From contig OY762492.1 in assembly GCA_963665845.2 (NCBI GenBank), forward strand, positions 2,400,001-2,464,000: a DNA stretch of 64,000 bases. Direction: 5' to 3'. The first letter of the stretch is position 1. Every line of letters starts with the position of its first letter. A model generated the notes under the pieces. That model worked only from the letters and a program-made list of their open reading frames with translations. It was not told the origin of the DNA and ran no database searches. Origin of the DNA: Candidatus Poribacteria bacterium. Its GTDB lineage: Bacteria > Poribacteria > WGA-4E > GCA-2687025. Positions 1 to 9,480 of the stretch are shown here, in pieces. The translations under genes and the position numbers were made by a program.

Positions 1-1
1 T

Positions 2-829
2 CTGATCGAAGAATCTCACAAGCTGCGGGACGATTCCAACAACCTGATTGACGCCGCGAGGAACGCGCTGCAGGAGGAGCTGAAATTGCCGGCTATGGAA
101 GAGCTGGCAGAACAAGTTGAGCTGTTTGAGCCGACGGCAAATGTCCCCAACTACTCCGTGCCTCTAATTGATACGGACGATCGGCTGGACGCCTCGTACC
201 ACGCCCCTATTGTGAAAGCGATTGAGCGGCGCATAAAGGAAGCAGCGCGGGATGTGGTCAAGGTCGGCGACAGCCGAATCAGCCGCTCGACGCTCATGCC
301 TGGGCGGTTCAAAAGGTTCTATGTTGCGGAAGGTACGGGGGCGCTTTTTATTGGCGGGAAGCAGATTTACGAATTGGACCCGAACGGCAAAAAGTACTTG
401 TCCTTAAGGCGTCACAACGACAGAATCAGGAGCGAAATCACGCTCCGAGAAAACATGATTCTCATCACACGCAGCGGGACTATCGGGAAAGTTGTGCAAG
501 TTCCTGCGTGTTGGAACGACTGGACGGGAAGCGAACACATTATTCGAATCGTTCCGACCGACGACGCAATTGCGGGCTATCTTTATGCTTGGCTGTCGTG
601 CGATCATGCCTATCCGCTGATCGATAGGCATACCCATGGGGCGGTGGTGGATGAAATTACCGCCGCCCAAGTTTCATCCATATCGGTTCCGCTTTTGCGC
701 GCCGAAGAAACGCAGCGAGCAATAAACGAGACGGTTTTAAACGCCAATCAAAAGCGCGCCGAAGCCTACCATTTGGAGCAGAAAGCGTTGGCCGTTCTCG
801 ACGAGAAAGTACTCTACGCAGCTGAATAG
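2..829 (+). CDS. Restriction-modification specificity (S) subunit, 5'-truncated by the window edge
   Basis: Frame open from base 2. TRD-like motifs RLDASYH, ILITRSGTIG, SEHIIRI, YLYAWL and HGAVVDEI, followed by a C-terminal coiled helix typical of HsdS-like proteins. Confidence 0.75.
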   Translation: MIEESHKLRDDSNNLIDAARNALQEELKLPAMEELAEQVELFEPTANVPNYSVPLIDTDDRLDASYHAPIVKAIERRIKEAARDVVKVGDSRISRSTLMPGRFKRFYVAEGTGALFIGGKQIYELDPNGKKYLSLRRHNDRIRSEITLRENMILITRSGTIGKVVQVPACWNDWTGSEHIIRIVPTDDAIAGYLYAWLSCDHAYPLIDRHTHGAVVDEITAAQVSSISVPLLRAEETQRAINETVLNANQKRAEAYHLEQKALAVLDEKVLYAAE

Positions 830-831
830 AA

Positions 832-862
832 GGCGGCGGGAGAAAACGCTTCCCCCGCCGCC
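832..862. terminator. Hairpin between convergent genes, probable bidirectional terminator
   Basis: GGCGGCGGG...CCCGCCGCC stem between the stop codons at 829 (+) and 879 (-). Confidence 0.55.
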
Positions 863-878
863 AAACATGCGCGGAGTC

Positions 879-2477
879 TTAGAGGATCCCCGCCAGCTCC
901 TGCAGCATGCGCCAGTTTTGCCGCCGGTCTTCTTGCGCGCCGAGCAGCTCAGGCGACGGATTGCCTTCCGCGTCGAAGTGCTTGGAGAACCGCCCTTCGG
1001 AACGCGCGAAGGTGATGAAATCGATCACCTCGCCCGTCTTCGGAATGACGCACCAGTCCTCTTTGACGGTCGGGTTGCCTTTCAGATCGAGCCGTTCCTT
1101 GATCGTCTCGCCCGCGCGCGGGTCGTAGATGAAGATCGGAAACGCGCGCGACTCTTTCGCCAATCTCGCCTGCTCCGTCGCCAGCTCGTCCGCGACGCCA
1201 TGTTCAGGCTGGCAGGTCGTGTAGACGTTGATGATCGCCGGACCCTTATACTCGTTCGCCGCGGCGACCGCCTTGTAGAAGTGGTTGAAGTCGGCGCAGG
1301 TGGTCTGCGCGACATACACATCCGGGTGCATCATGCAGATCGTCGCCAGCTCTTTCCGCCGCTCCGTCTTGCCGGGGATCGCCTTGCCGTGGTAGGACAT
1401 CTTCGTGTTCTGCCCCGTGTAAGACGAAGTGGACGCCTGCCCGCCCGTGTTGGAATACACCTGCGTGTCCAGCACCAGAACGTTGATGTCCATGCCCGAC
1501 ATGAGCATGCGCGAGAGCGCTTGGAAGCCGATGTCGTTCATGGCGCCGTCCCCGCCGAGGACCCACAGCTTCTTGTCTTCCCAGCCCTGCTGGTCCCACC
1601 TGGCGCGGACGCCCATTGCGTCGGTCGGCGCGTTTTCAAACAGCGAGTTCGTCCACGGGACGCGGTACGGGTTATACGGATAGGTGGAGGTGTAGACCGT
1701 GTTGCAGCCGGTCGCCGCGACGATGCCGATGTTCTCCGGCCCGTATTTGAAGCCTGTGGACGCGAGCATCATGCGCAGCGCGGTCGCTTCGCCGCAGCCG
1801 GCGCATGAACCCGCCCCGCCGACATACAGCAGCGAGTCGTTTTTCAACATCATATCGGTCGCAAGACGCTCGTTGATGTAAGCGTCCGGCGTTTCCGGCA
1901 GATTTTCAAAGGCGCGGAACGCCTCCTGGTACTGCGGAACGTTCTTGTCGGTTTTCTGAAGCATGGAGAGCGCGTAGTCGTCGCACACTTCAACGCACTC
2001 GGCGCACCCTTTGCATTTCGTCGGGTCGATGAAGATGCCGAACAGGGCGCCGCTGCCCTCATTTTTCTTTTCGTAAGCGTCGTAGTATTTGCGCGTTTTG
2101 ACAAACCTTGAGCGCGTCATTTCCCGCACTACAGGGTCGTCTATCGCTGCCAGCTCTTCTTCCAGCGAGTCGGGGTGGATCACCTTGCCGAGAATGGCGG
2201 TGTCCGGACATTCGATGACGCACTCCATGCAGCCGATGCAGTTGGAGGGGTCGTAAAGCGGTATGTCGGGCGCGATATAGCTGAAATCGCGCAGTTTGCC
2301 TGTAGCGGCGGGGACAAAGCTGAACGCCGTGTCGTCGTCCGCTTCCAGTTCGATCTCGGCGACGCCTCGGTTGTACGCCCCGACGACGCGCCGGTTGAAC
2401 TCTTCAATATCCAGCAGTTTTGGCTCTCGCCGTCCGTTTGTCGGCGCGGCCTTCGGAATGGCGGTTTCGTCGCTCAT
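879..2477 (-). CDS. Pyruvate/2-oxoacid:ferredoxin oxidoreductase, fused 2x[4Fe-4S] (delta) + TPP-binding (beta) subunit
   Basis: CIGCMECVIECP and CKGCAECVEVC ferredoxin motifs; GAGSCAGCGE; GGDGAMNDIG TPP motif; DTQVYSNTGGQ. Confidence 0.92.
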   Translation of the reverse strand: MSDETAIPKAAPTNGRREPKLLDIEEFNRRVVGAYNRGVAEIELEADDDTAFSFVPAATGKLRDFSYIAPDIPLYDPSNCIGCMECVIECPDTAILGKVIHPDSLEEELAAIDDPVVREMTRSRFVKTRKYYDAYEKKNEGSGALFGIFIDPTKCKGCAECVEVCDDYALSMLQKTDKNVPQYQEAFRAFENLPETPDAYINERLATDMMLKNDSLLYVGGAGSCAGCGEATALRMMLASTGFKYGPENIGIVAATGCNTVYTSTYPYNPYRVPWTNSLFENAPTDAMGVRARWDQQGWEDKKLWVLGGDGAMNDIGFQALSRMLMSGMDINVLVLDTQVYSNTGGQASTSSYTGQNTKMSYHGKAIPGKTERRKELATICMMHPDVYVAQTTCADFNHFYKAVAAANEYKGPAIINVYTTCQPEHGVADELATEQARLAKESRAFPIFIYDPRAGETIKERLDLKGNPTVKEDWCVIPKTGEVIDFITFARSEGRFSKHFDAEGNPSPELLGAQEDRRQNWRMLQELAGIL

Positions 2478-2540
2478 GCGGAATCCTTTCTTTCGTTAGA
2501 CCGTCGTTCCCGCGCAGAACGCGGGAATCGCTGGACCGGT

Positions 2541-2765
2541 TTAGACCTGATCGCGTTCCCGAAACGTTTCTCCGTTCACAATGATTTTCGGCAAACCTAA
2601 GAGCGTCCACGGGGGGCGCTGGTTCTGTTCAATGGCGGCAATGTCCTCATCAATCTCGTTCTGATTGATGCGCTCCATGATGAAGTCGCCGTCGTCATGG
2701 ATTTTGCGGCTTGTCCATTTGCCGTCTTCTTCGTTGAACTCGACATACTCGATGATTTTGGGCAT
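2541..2765 (-). CDS. Small acidic hypothetical protein (74 aa) inside the PFOR operon
   Basis: ATG 4 nt after the alpha-subunit stop; protein-like composition; no motif recognised. Confidence 0.55.
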   Translation of the reverse strand: MPKIIEYVEFNEEDGKWTSRKIHDDGDFIMERINQNEIDEDIAAIEQNQRPPWTLLGLPKIIVNGETFRERDQV

Positions 2766-2769
2766 CTGT

Positions 2770-4731
2770 TTATTCCGATTCCCCGTTCTCTATCGGAAGG
2801 ATGATCGATTTCGGTATCTCAAACACCTCGTCGTATCCGCGCTGAACCGCCTGAACGTTCGCTTGGACGACCGCTTCGCCGCGCTTTCCGAACCACTTGC
2901 GCAGGGCGTCTTCCACCCGTTCAAACAGCGTGTCTTTGTTGATGTCGTCCGACTGCAGGATCGGCGAGACGCGCAGGAAGATGCCCGCCAGCACAATGCC
3001 CTGCATGCGCATTTCCAGGTCGGCGGTCGGCGCCACCTCGCGCGCGATCTTCACGGTGTCCAGCGCAAAGACGCGGATGTTTTTCTTCTGAATGTCCTTC
3101 TTCGCGTACTCCGGCACCGCCGCCCACACTGCCGCGGGGTCCCGCTTGTCGCTCTGAATGAACACCATCCCATGCTCCTGCAGCCCCTTCAGCGGGTTGC
3201 CGTGATGAAAGGCGTTCACATCGTTCAGCGGCACAAACTCCACATGGTTCATCTCGCAATGGGTGCGGATGCGCTCCTTGGCGGCGGTCAAGTAGTAGGT
3301 GGTCGGCAAGCCTTTCTTTTCGGAGCCGTATTTCGGGTACGCCTGCACCGTCATGCCGAGCATGCCGAGAAACGAGGCGATCACCTTGTTGGTCGTCACG
3401 GAGCCGAAGCCGCCGACCGAATGCCCGCGCATGGAGAAGGAGCCAGCGGGGCGGATGTCAGGATCGAACGGCGCCTCCACCGCCAGCTCATGCTTGATGC
3501 CCAGCACAAAGTAGCGCCGCTCCTGCCCCGTCCACATGTGCGTATAGGCGCCAATCAGGTCGCCCGGTCGGATGTCGCGGCTGCCGAGACCCGCGGAGCC
3601 GGAGTAGATTGTCGGGATATGGTCGATTTCAGGGTAGCCCGGGTGTCCGCTGATCGCGTCCGCGAAGGCTGCCTTGATCTCCGCCGTCAGCGGATTCGAC
3701 TGCGCAATCGGGTTGTCCATGCGTTCCAGGACGGCGAACGCTTTCACATGTTTGAGCGTCTCGACGATCTGTTCGCTGGGGAAGGGGCGGAAGGAGGTTA
3801 CATGAACGACGCCGACCTTCTTGCCGAATTCGCGCAGATAATCCGCCGTTACCATCGCCGTTTCCATCATGCCGCCCATGCCGACCAGCGCGTATTCCGC
3901 GTCTTCCATGCGGTACGGCTCCACCAGATCGTACCGCCGCCCCGTTTGCTTGTGCCATTCGTCCATCGCGTCTTGGAGCGCGCGGGCCATTTCGGCGTAG
4001 TAGGTTCGCTGCGCGATCTTGCCCTTCATATAGGAGTCCTGGTTCTGGACGGTGCCGGACATGATCGGATCGTAGGGGGTGAACAGGTTGCGAATGCGGT
4101 CTTCCGGTTTGCCGATGTACTCTTCAAGCAGCTCCATTTCGGGCTGCAGCGTCGATTCGACCGTGTGCGTCGTCAAAAAGCCGTCTTGCACGTTCATGAT
4201 GGGTCGGCTGCAGTCTTCGGCGGCGCGTCGGGTGATGGCGGCAAGGTCGCCGGAGGCTTGCGCGTTCATACCGAAGACGATGCCCCAGCCGGTGTCCGCG
4301 ACCGCCATGACATCGTCATGTCCGGCGTGTACGTTGAGCGACTGCGAGGTCATGGCGCGCGCGCCGATGTGGAAAACGATGGGCAGCCCTTTGCCCGCGA
4401 TGGTGTACAGGACCTCTTTCATGAGAACGAGACCCTGTCCGGAGGTGAAGGTGGTGGTGCGTCCGCCGGCGACGGCAAAGCCTTCGCATGCGCTGGCGGC
4501 GCTGTGTTCCGATTCAGGTTCCAAAAATAGAAGCGTGTCGCCCCACAGATTTTTGTATCCGTTGGAGACGGCGACATTGTATCCTTCGCCCATTTTGGAG
4601 GAGGAGGTGATCGGATAGGCGCACGCGGACTGCGTGATATTTATTTCCACCCATACGACCGTTTCGGCTCCGTCGGCGGTTATGAGCGTACCGGGGTAGG
4701 GTACCTTGTTGGCAGGTTTATCGGACGTCAT
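2770..4731 (-). CDS. Pyruvate/2-oxoacid:ferredoxin oxidoreductase, fused alpha + gamma subunit
   Basis: AYPITSS, ESEHSA, TFTSGQGL and GHDD alpha motifs; HSVGGFGSVT and YGSEKKG gamma-domain motifs. Start placed at the ATG after GGAG. Confidence 0.92.
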   Translation of the reverse strand: MTSDKPANKVPYPGTLITADGAETVVWVEINITQSACAYPITSSSKMGEGYNVAVSNGYKNLWGDTLLFLEPESEHSAASACEGFAVAGGRTTTFTSGQGLVLMKEVLYTIAGKGLPIVFHIGARAMTSQSLNVHAGHDDVMAVADTGWGIVFGMNAQASGDLAAITRRAAEDCSRPIMNVQDGFLTTHTVESTLQPEMELLEEYIGKPEDRIRNLFTPYDPIMSGTVQNQDSYMKGKIAQRTYYAEMARALQDAMDEWHKQTGRRYDLVEPYRMEDAEYALVGMGGMMETAMVTADYLREFGKKVGVVHVTSFRPFPSEQIVETLKHVKAFAVLERMDNPIAQSNPLTAEIKAAFADAISGHPGYPEIDHIPTIYSGSAGLGSRDIRPGDLIGAYTHMWTGQERRYFVLGIKHELAVEAPFDPDIRPAGSFSMRGHSVGGFGSVTTNKVIASFLGMLGMTVQAYPKYGSEKKGLPTTYYLTAAKERIRTHCEMNHVEFVPLNDVNAFHHGNPLKGLQEHGMVFIQSDKRDPAAVWAAVPEYAKKDIQKKNIRVFALDTVKIAREVAPTADLEMRMQGIVLAGIFLRVSPILQSDDINKDTLFERVEDALRKWFGKRGEAVVQANVQAVQRGYDEVFEIPKSIILPIENGESE

Positions 4732-4781
4732 ATGCGGCTCCAATGCTCATCGCGAATGCGGCGCTTGCGCTGCGTATAATT

Positions 4782-4810
4782 AGCCTATCAGCATGGCGGC
4801 GGCATGTCAA
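4782..4810 (-). promoter_or_regulatory. Sigma70-like promoter of the PFOR operon
   Basis: Minus strand TTGACA-N17-TAGGCT with an extended -10 TG. Confidence 0.6.
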
Positions 4811-4819
4811 ATCTTTAAT

Positions 4820-5008
4820 CTGACCTCATGCCTAAAGTTGAGACATTTGGACAGACGACCGCTCTATTCATGGAAAAAGGCGCCGCCAACCAGGCCGTCC
4901 CCCGCTTCCGCGAGGGCATGCATTCCCGCGCAAGCGGGAATCTAGAGGCGCCGCAGACGACGTCCGCGTTCGTCCAGCGGAATGTCCCAACTAAAGACGT
5001 AAGGTCAG
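4820..5008. mobile_element. MITE-like element family A, copy 1
   Basis: Imperfect ~26-bp terminal inverted repeats (CTGACCTCATGCCTAAAGTTGAGACA / TGTCCCAACTAAAGACGTAAGGTCAG) around an ATTCCC-N8-GGGAAT core; homologous to 26426, 46977, 61860 and 63675. Confidence 0.75.
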
Positions 5009-5092
5009 GGCAAAACAGACAGACGCTTGACGGAGCGGGGCGGAATGGTATGATGCGTCTCAGAAACGCCGCTTTTCAAAATGGAGAAATCC

Positions 5093-6061
5093 ATGCCGTT
5101 AGAATTGATTGCGACTGCCCCTAGAACCCCCGAACTGCGCGAATACGAGGACGGACCTGTCCCTGACGGAAGCGTCCGCGTTCAGACGGAATTCGGCGCG
5201 CCGAAGCACGGTACCGAAATGACCGAATACAGAGCGCACCGCGGGAGCCGATTCCCAAGGGGGCTTGGCAACATGTGCGTCGGGCGAATCGTCGAGATCG
5301 GCGGCGTTGAAGGGTTTGAGCTTGGAGAGCGCGTCGCCGGCTACGGAAGCCTCCGCGAGACGCACACCTGGAGCGGCGGCTCCGTGTTGAAAATGTCGGA
5401 GCGCATGACATGGAAAGAGGCGGTCTGTTACGACCCGGCGCATTTTGCGCTGGGCGGCGTCAGGGACGGAAACGCGCGGGCGGGCGATCATGTTGCCGTG
5501 TTTGGTCTCGGCGCGCTTGGGCAGATGTCGGCGCAGTTTGCGCGGCTCTCCGGCGCGGACACGGTGAGCGTCATCGATCCGATTGAGGCGCGGCGGCAGG
5601 TTGCGTTGAACGCCGGCGCGGATTTCGCTTTTGACGCGGACCCTGAAGTTGCCGTTTCTGGATTAAAGGAGGTCAGCGGCGGGCGCGGACCCGACCTGAT
5701 CATCGAAACGAGCGCGAATTACCGCGCCTTAGATACGGCTTTGCGCGCTCTTTCTTACGGCGGGACGGTCGCCTATATGGGCTGGCCGAAGGAGTGCGGC
5801 GGCGGGCTGGATTTCGGCGCCAAGGCGCATTTTGAGGTCCCGAACATGATCTTCACCCGCGCCTGCAGCGAGCCGAACCGCGACCATCCGCGCTGGAGTT
5901 TTCAACGCATCAGGGAAACATGCTGGCGCTGGTTGAATGCGGGAAAGCTGAACTGCGAGGAGATTGTGTCGCCTGTCGTTTCGTTTGCGGAGGTTGTGGA
6001 GGCGTATCGAACCATCGACGAGCAGCCCGAATTGAGCGTCAAATTAGGGGTCGCGTTTTAG
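5093..6061 (+). CDS. Zinc-binding alcohol dehydrogenase (MDR) family oxidoreductase
   Basis: GroES-like N-domain (HGTE, GERVAG); Rossmann motif VAVFGLGALG; GAD and GPDLIIETS. Confidence 0.85.
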   Translation: MPLELIATAPRTPELREYEDGPVPDGSVRVQTEFGAPKHGTEMTEYRAHRGSRFPRGLGNMCVGRIVEIGGVEGFELGERVAGYGSLRETHTWSGGSVLKMSERMTWKEAVCYDPAHFALGGVRDGNARAGDHVAVFGLGALGQMSAQFARLSGADTVSVIDPIEARRQVALNAGADFAFDADPEVAVSGLKEVSGGRGPDLIIETSANYRALDTALRALSYGGTVAYMGWPKECGGGLDFGAKAHFEVPNMIFTRACSEPNRDHPRWSFQRIRETCWRWLNAGKLNCEEIVSPVVSFAEVVEAYRTIDEQPELSVKLGVAF

Positions 6062-6240
6062 GCGCCCGGCGTCGTCATTCTCGCGTAAGCGGGAATCTTA
6101 ACCGATACATCTTCCGATCAAATCCATCGCCGCGAATAACTCCGTTTGAGCGGCGCTAACGATTTAGGCGCCGGGCGCTGAAGAATAAGGCGCCGTCGGG
6201 TTGAAACGCGGCGAAATCGGCGTTTCTGGGGTGGAATGTT

Positions 6241-6255
6241 CGGCACAATGTTTGC
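6241..6255 (+). promoter_or_regulatory. Candidate sigma54 (-24/-12) promoter
   Basis: CGGCAC-AATGT-TTGC with exact GG-N10-GC spacing, ~120 bp upstream of the porin-like gene. Confidence 0.55.
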
Positions 6256-6373
6256 GTCTTTAGGTGGACGGCGACGCGGGCTGTCATGAGCAGACTTGAA
6301 ATGGAATTGCAAATGGACCCCGCAGAAGCCACTATTACGGAAACAACGCATCTATCCACTCAGGAGACTTTGT

Positions 6374-7105
6374 ATGTCACGCGTTACAGCAGTTCTGACG
6401 GCGCTAGCGTTTAGCGCCGGTTTTTTGGCGTCCGCGCCGAACGCGGCTGCGCAGGATGTCGCCCTTGATTTCACCTACGCCAGCGCGTATTACTGGCGCG
6501 GCGCGTCCGCCGGCGCCGGAAACGGATTTGTTCAGCCCTCCGCGGACATCTCCTTCGCCGCCTCGCCCGATCTGTCGGTCGGGTTGAACCTCTGGATGTC
6601 GCAGGGACCTGAAGCGGCTGACGCCGACAACAGCGAGATCGATTACACCCTCTACGCCGCGTACAGCGCCGGGGATATCGGCGTCTACGCCGGCGTCATC
6701 GACTATGTGATTCCCGCCGGCGCGCCGTTTGCGGACGGGCATGTGCTGGAAGCGCATGCCGGCATCGACTTCGCGGCGGGCGATCTCGGCATCGGCGTCG
6801 CCGCCGCCCTGAACCTGGACGGCGACGATGACGACTCCATGTACATCGCCCCCAGCCTCTCCTACCCGCTCGGCAACCTGAGCCTCGCATTGAGCATCGG
6901 TCTTGGGAACGGATTCTACAGCGCGGAGGAGGAAGGCGAAGAGGACGCGATGGCGCTGGTCGACCTCACGCCCAGCGTCAGCTACGCGATCCCTCTCGGC
7001 GACGATATGGAAGCGGCGGTCGGTCTGGCGATCGGTTACAACCCCGACACCGGCGCGACTCTTCCGTTCTTGACGCTCGGAACTGGCTGGAGCTGGTCTC
7101 CATAA
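6374..7105 (+). CDS. Putative outer-membrane beta-barrel protein, TorF/Gcw_chp-like
   Basis: Signal peptide ending AAA-Q; SAYYWRG, VQPSAD and EIDY motifs; alternating beta-strand pattern; AGGAG RBS before ATG 6374. Confidence 0.7.
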   Translation: MSRVTAVLTALAFSAGFLASAPNAAAQDVALDFTYASAYYWRGASAGAGNGFVQPSADISFAASPDLSVGLNLWMSQGPEAADADNSEIDYTLYAAYSAGDIGVYAGVIDYVIPAGAPFADGHVLEAHAGIDFAAGDLGIGVAAALNLDGDDDDSMYIAPSLSYPLGNLSLALSIGLGNGFYSAEEEGEEDAMALVDLTPSVSYAIPLGDDMEAAVGLAIGYNPDTGATLPFLTLGTGWSWSP

Positions 7106-7206
7106 ACGAACCTGTCTCATCATGTGTTGGCGCGGCTGTTTGACGCGGCTGCGCCAACATTCTCTTATCCTCCCTTGCCCGCCGGTTGACCCCTGAAACA
7201 AAGCGA

Positions 7207-7261
7207 ATTACTTACTGAGCTATCCTCGCGTTTCGCGCTAGTATACATGCTAGTCATGGCA
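7207..7261 (+). mobile_element. Isolated left-end remnant of the IS1595 copy at 47193
   Basis: ATTACTTACTGAGCTATCCTCGCGTTTCGCGCTAGTATACATGCTAGTCATGGCA is near-identical to 47197-47251. Confidence 0.75.
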
Positions 7262-7279
7262 GAGCCGCCGCTGTTGTCG

Positions 7280-7378
7280 TCTGAACTAGGATTGCCAAGA
7301 TGGAAAAGATTGCCAAGAAATTCCCGCAAACCGCTATCTTGGCAATCTTACTAATCCTTTAATCCTAGTTCAAAACCA
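7280..7378. repeat. Dispersed palindromic repeat family C (TGAACTAGGATT...AATCCTAGTTCA)
   Basis: Inverted ends with internal GATTGCCAA/TTGGCAATC units; homologs at 28475, 53879 and 60857. Confidence 0.75.
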
Positions 7379-7411
7379 AGCGCAACCCGCCCGCGGAAAC
7401 CTCCCTGCCCC

Positions 7412-9448
7412 TTACAAAGGGGGAGTTATGGAAAAGCCCCTTAGCAGGCGGACGAGCAGATTGCCGTATTTGTCCACTGAAGCGCGGTCGCCTTTGCGAA
7501 GCAGGACGGCGGTGTCTTTCTGAACGATGACGGCATGCCCGTCCACCGTATGTCCGCGCCCTAGGCGCTTTCCGTCGTAAAACGGCGTTTGGAGTACGCC
7601 CTCATCGAAGACGACGCGCCGTTCCCCCGTCTTGGCGTCCTGCGCCGAACCGCCTGCCGTTTCCAACATTGGCGGCGTCGGCGGAACCGCCTTTTCCATG
7701 ACCCTCGCCCGCAGGTTCACAATTTCAACAGGCGCCCCGCGCATCGCGTGTCCATGCCGCGCCTCATGCGCCGAATGAAACGCCTCCAAAAAACCGCGCC
7801 TCAACGGAACGCTCAACTCAAACGACTGCCCGCGGTAACGCATATCCAGCTCCTTCAGCGCGGCGATGCGCGTCGGATCCGCGCCATGTTTTAACAGCTG
7901 CGCCGCCGCCCGTTCAACCATCCGCTCCGTCTGCCTGTCCAGCTCCTCAAACAGGGCGGCGCCGCCCAGCATGACGGTCTGCACATCGTCGACCGCCGCG
8001 TCCGCGGCCAGCATGCCGTATGCTGAAAGAGCCGCCGCGGCAAACGGAATCAGCGCCGTATGAATGCCGAGGCGGCGCGCCAGCCCGCAGGCGTGAAGCC
8101 CGCCGGCGCCGCCGAACGAGATGAGCGATTCCGCCCGCCCAAGCGCAATGTTGCGGACAGCGCCCTCCATGCGCGTGTCCGCAATCTGAACGACGCCCAG
8201 CGCCGTCGTTTCCGCCAGCGAGAGGCCGTCCCTCGGCTGTATGCCCGCCTCCTTGCCGAGGCGTTCCAGCGCCGCCCGCGCCTTGTCGACCTTCAGACGC
8301 ATCTGCCCGTCCAGAAAGGCGTTTGGATCAATGCGCCCTAAAACAAGGTTCGCGTCGGTGACGGTCGGCTCCTCTCCGCCTTTGCCGTAGCATATCGGCC
8401 CGGGTTCGGCTCCGGCGCTTTGCGGTCCGACCTGAACGGCGCCGCCCCTGTCCAGCTGGGCAATGGAGCCGCCGCCCGCGCCGATGGTGTGGATGTCGAT
8501 TGCCGGAAACGGCAGCGGCAGCCCATCGATCTCGGTCTGGGGCGTCATCTGCGGTTCGCCGATGATCATGGAGACGTCGGTGGAGGTTCCGCCCATGTCG
8601 AACGCCGCCGCGTTTGGAAGTCCCGCCAGACGCGCCGCAAACGCCGCCCCGACCGCCCCGCCTGCTGGTCCGGACAGGGCGGACCGCGCCGGCTGACGAC
8701 GCGCCAACTCCGACGCGACGGCTCCCCCGTTCGACTGCATCACCCGAAACTCAACGCCCTCCAGCTCCCGCTCAATGTTTCCTAAATATCTGTCCAGCGC
8801 CGGGGCGGTGTAGGCGTTCAACGCGGTTCCGCTCGCCCGCTCATACTCCCGAAACTTCGGCAGAATCTCGCTGGAGGCCGTCACAAAAAACCCGTCCGCG
8901 CGAAGCCGTTCCGCCGCCGTCCGCTCATGCTCTGGACGCAAAAACGAAAACAGAAAGCAGACCGCCACCGACTCCACCCCCAGCGCCTTCAGCCGAGCGG
9001 AAAGCGGCTCCAGTTCTTCAACGCGCAGCGGCGTCTGTATCTCGCCGTTGGAATCAACCCGTTCGGTCAGCTCAAAGCAGCGCTCTGGGGGTATCGTATG
9101 CGCGGGCTTGGCGGCGGTTAGATCGTAGATGTCCGCTCTGTTTTGACGGGCGATGGTCAAAATGTCCTTGAAGCCGCGCGTTCCAACAAAGGCGGCGCGC
9201 GCTCCTTTCCGCTCCAGAATCGCGTTCACCGCGACGGTCGATCCGTGCGCGACGGCTCTCAATCCGCCCTGTTTTAAAAAAGGGCGCAGACCCTCAAGCG
9301 CGGCGCGGGCGGGATCGTCCGGCGTGGAAAACCGCTTGAATCGGCGTATTTCGCCCGTCGATTCATCCAAAACGACAAAATCGGTGAAGGTGCCGCCGAT
9401 GTCCACCCCAATTTTCATCTTACAGATTTGCCTTTCTTGTGCCATCAT
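7412..9448 (-). CDS. Hydantoinase/oxoprolinase family protein (A subunit)
   Basis: GVDIGGTFTD, HGSTVAVNA, EYER, SGPAGG, DMGGTSTD, IGAGGGS, GPQSAGAEPGPICY and FGGAGGLHA. Start could be 9418. Confidence 0.92.
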   Translation of the reverse strand: MMAQERQICKMKIGVDIGGTFTDFVVLDESTGEIRRFKRFSTPDDPARAALEGLRPFLKQGGLRAVAHGSTVAVNAILERKGARAAFVGTRGFKDILTIARQNRADIYDLTAAKPAHTIPPERCFELTERVDSNGEIQTPLRVEELEPLSARLKALGVESVAVCFLFSFLRPEHERTAAERLRADGFFVTASSEILPKFREYERASGTALNAYTAPALDRYLGNIERELEGVEFRVMQSNGGAVASELARRQPARSALSGPAGGAVGAAFAARLAGLPNAAAFDMGGTSTDVSMIIGEPQMTPQTEIDGLPLPFPAIDIHTIGAGGGSIAQLDRGGAVQVGPQSAGAEPGPICYGKGGEEPTVTDANLVLGRIDPNAFLDGQMRLKVDKARAALERLGKEAGIQPRDGLSLAETTALGVVQIADTRMEGAVRNIALGRAESLISFGGAGGLHACGLARRLGIHTALIPFAAAALSAYGMLAADAAVDDVQTVMLGGAALFEELDRQTERMVERAAAQLLKHGADPTRIAALKELDMRYRGQSFELSVPLRRGFLEAFHSAHEARHGHAMRGAPVEIVNLRARVMEKAVPPTPPMLETAGGSAQDAKTGERRVVFDEGVLQTPFYDGKRLGRGHTVDGHAVIVQKDTAVLLRKGDRASVDKYGNLLVRLLRGFSITPPL

Positions 9449-9480
9449 GAGAGTGTATCAACACATACGCGGGGAGCTTC

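Noticed and set aside
867-4530. Long plus-strand ORFs of 313 and 621 aa
   Set aside because: Antisense shadows of the PFOR genes in GC-rich DNA with no motifs; the same applies to 36293-37594, 55739-56899 and similar ORFs.
4828-5124. 98-aa ORF upstream of the dehydrogenase
   Set aside because: It lies largely within MITE family A; similar spurious ORFs occur at other repeat copies (28560, 61846).
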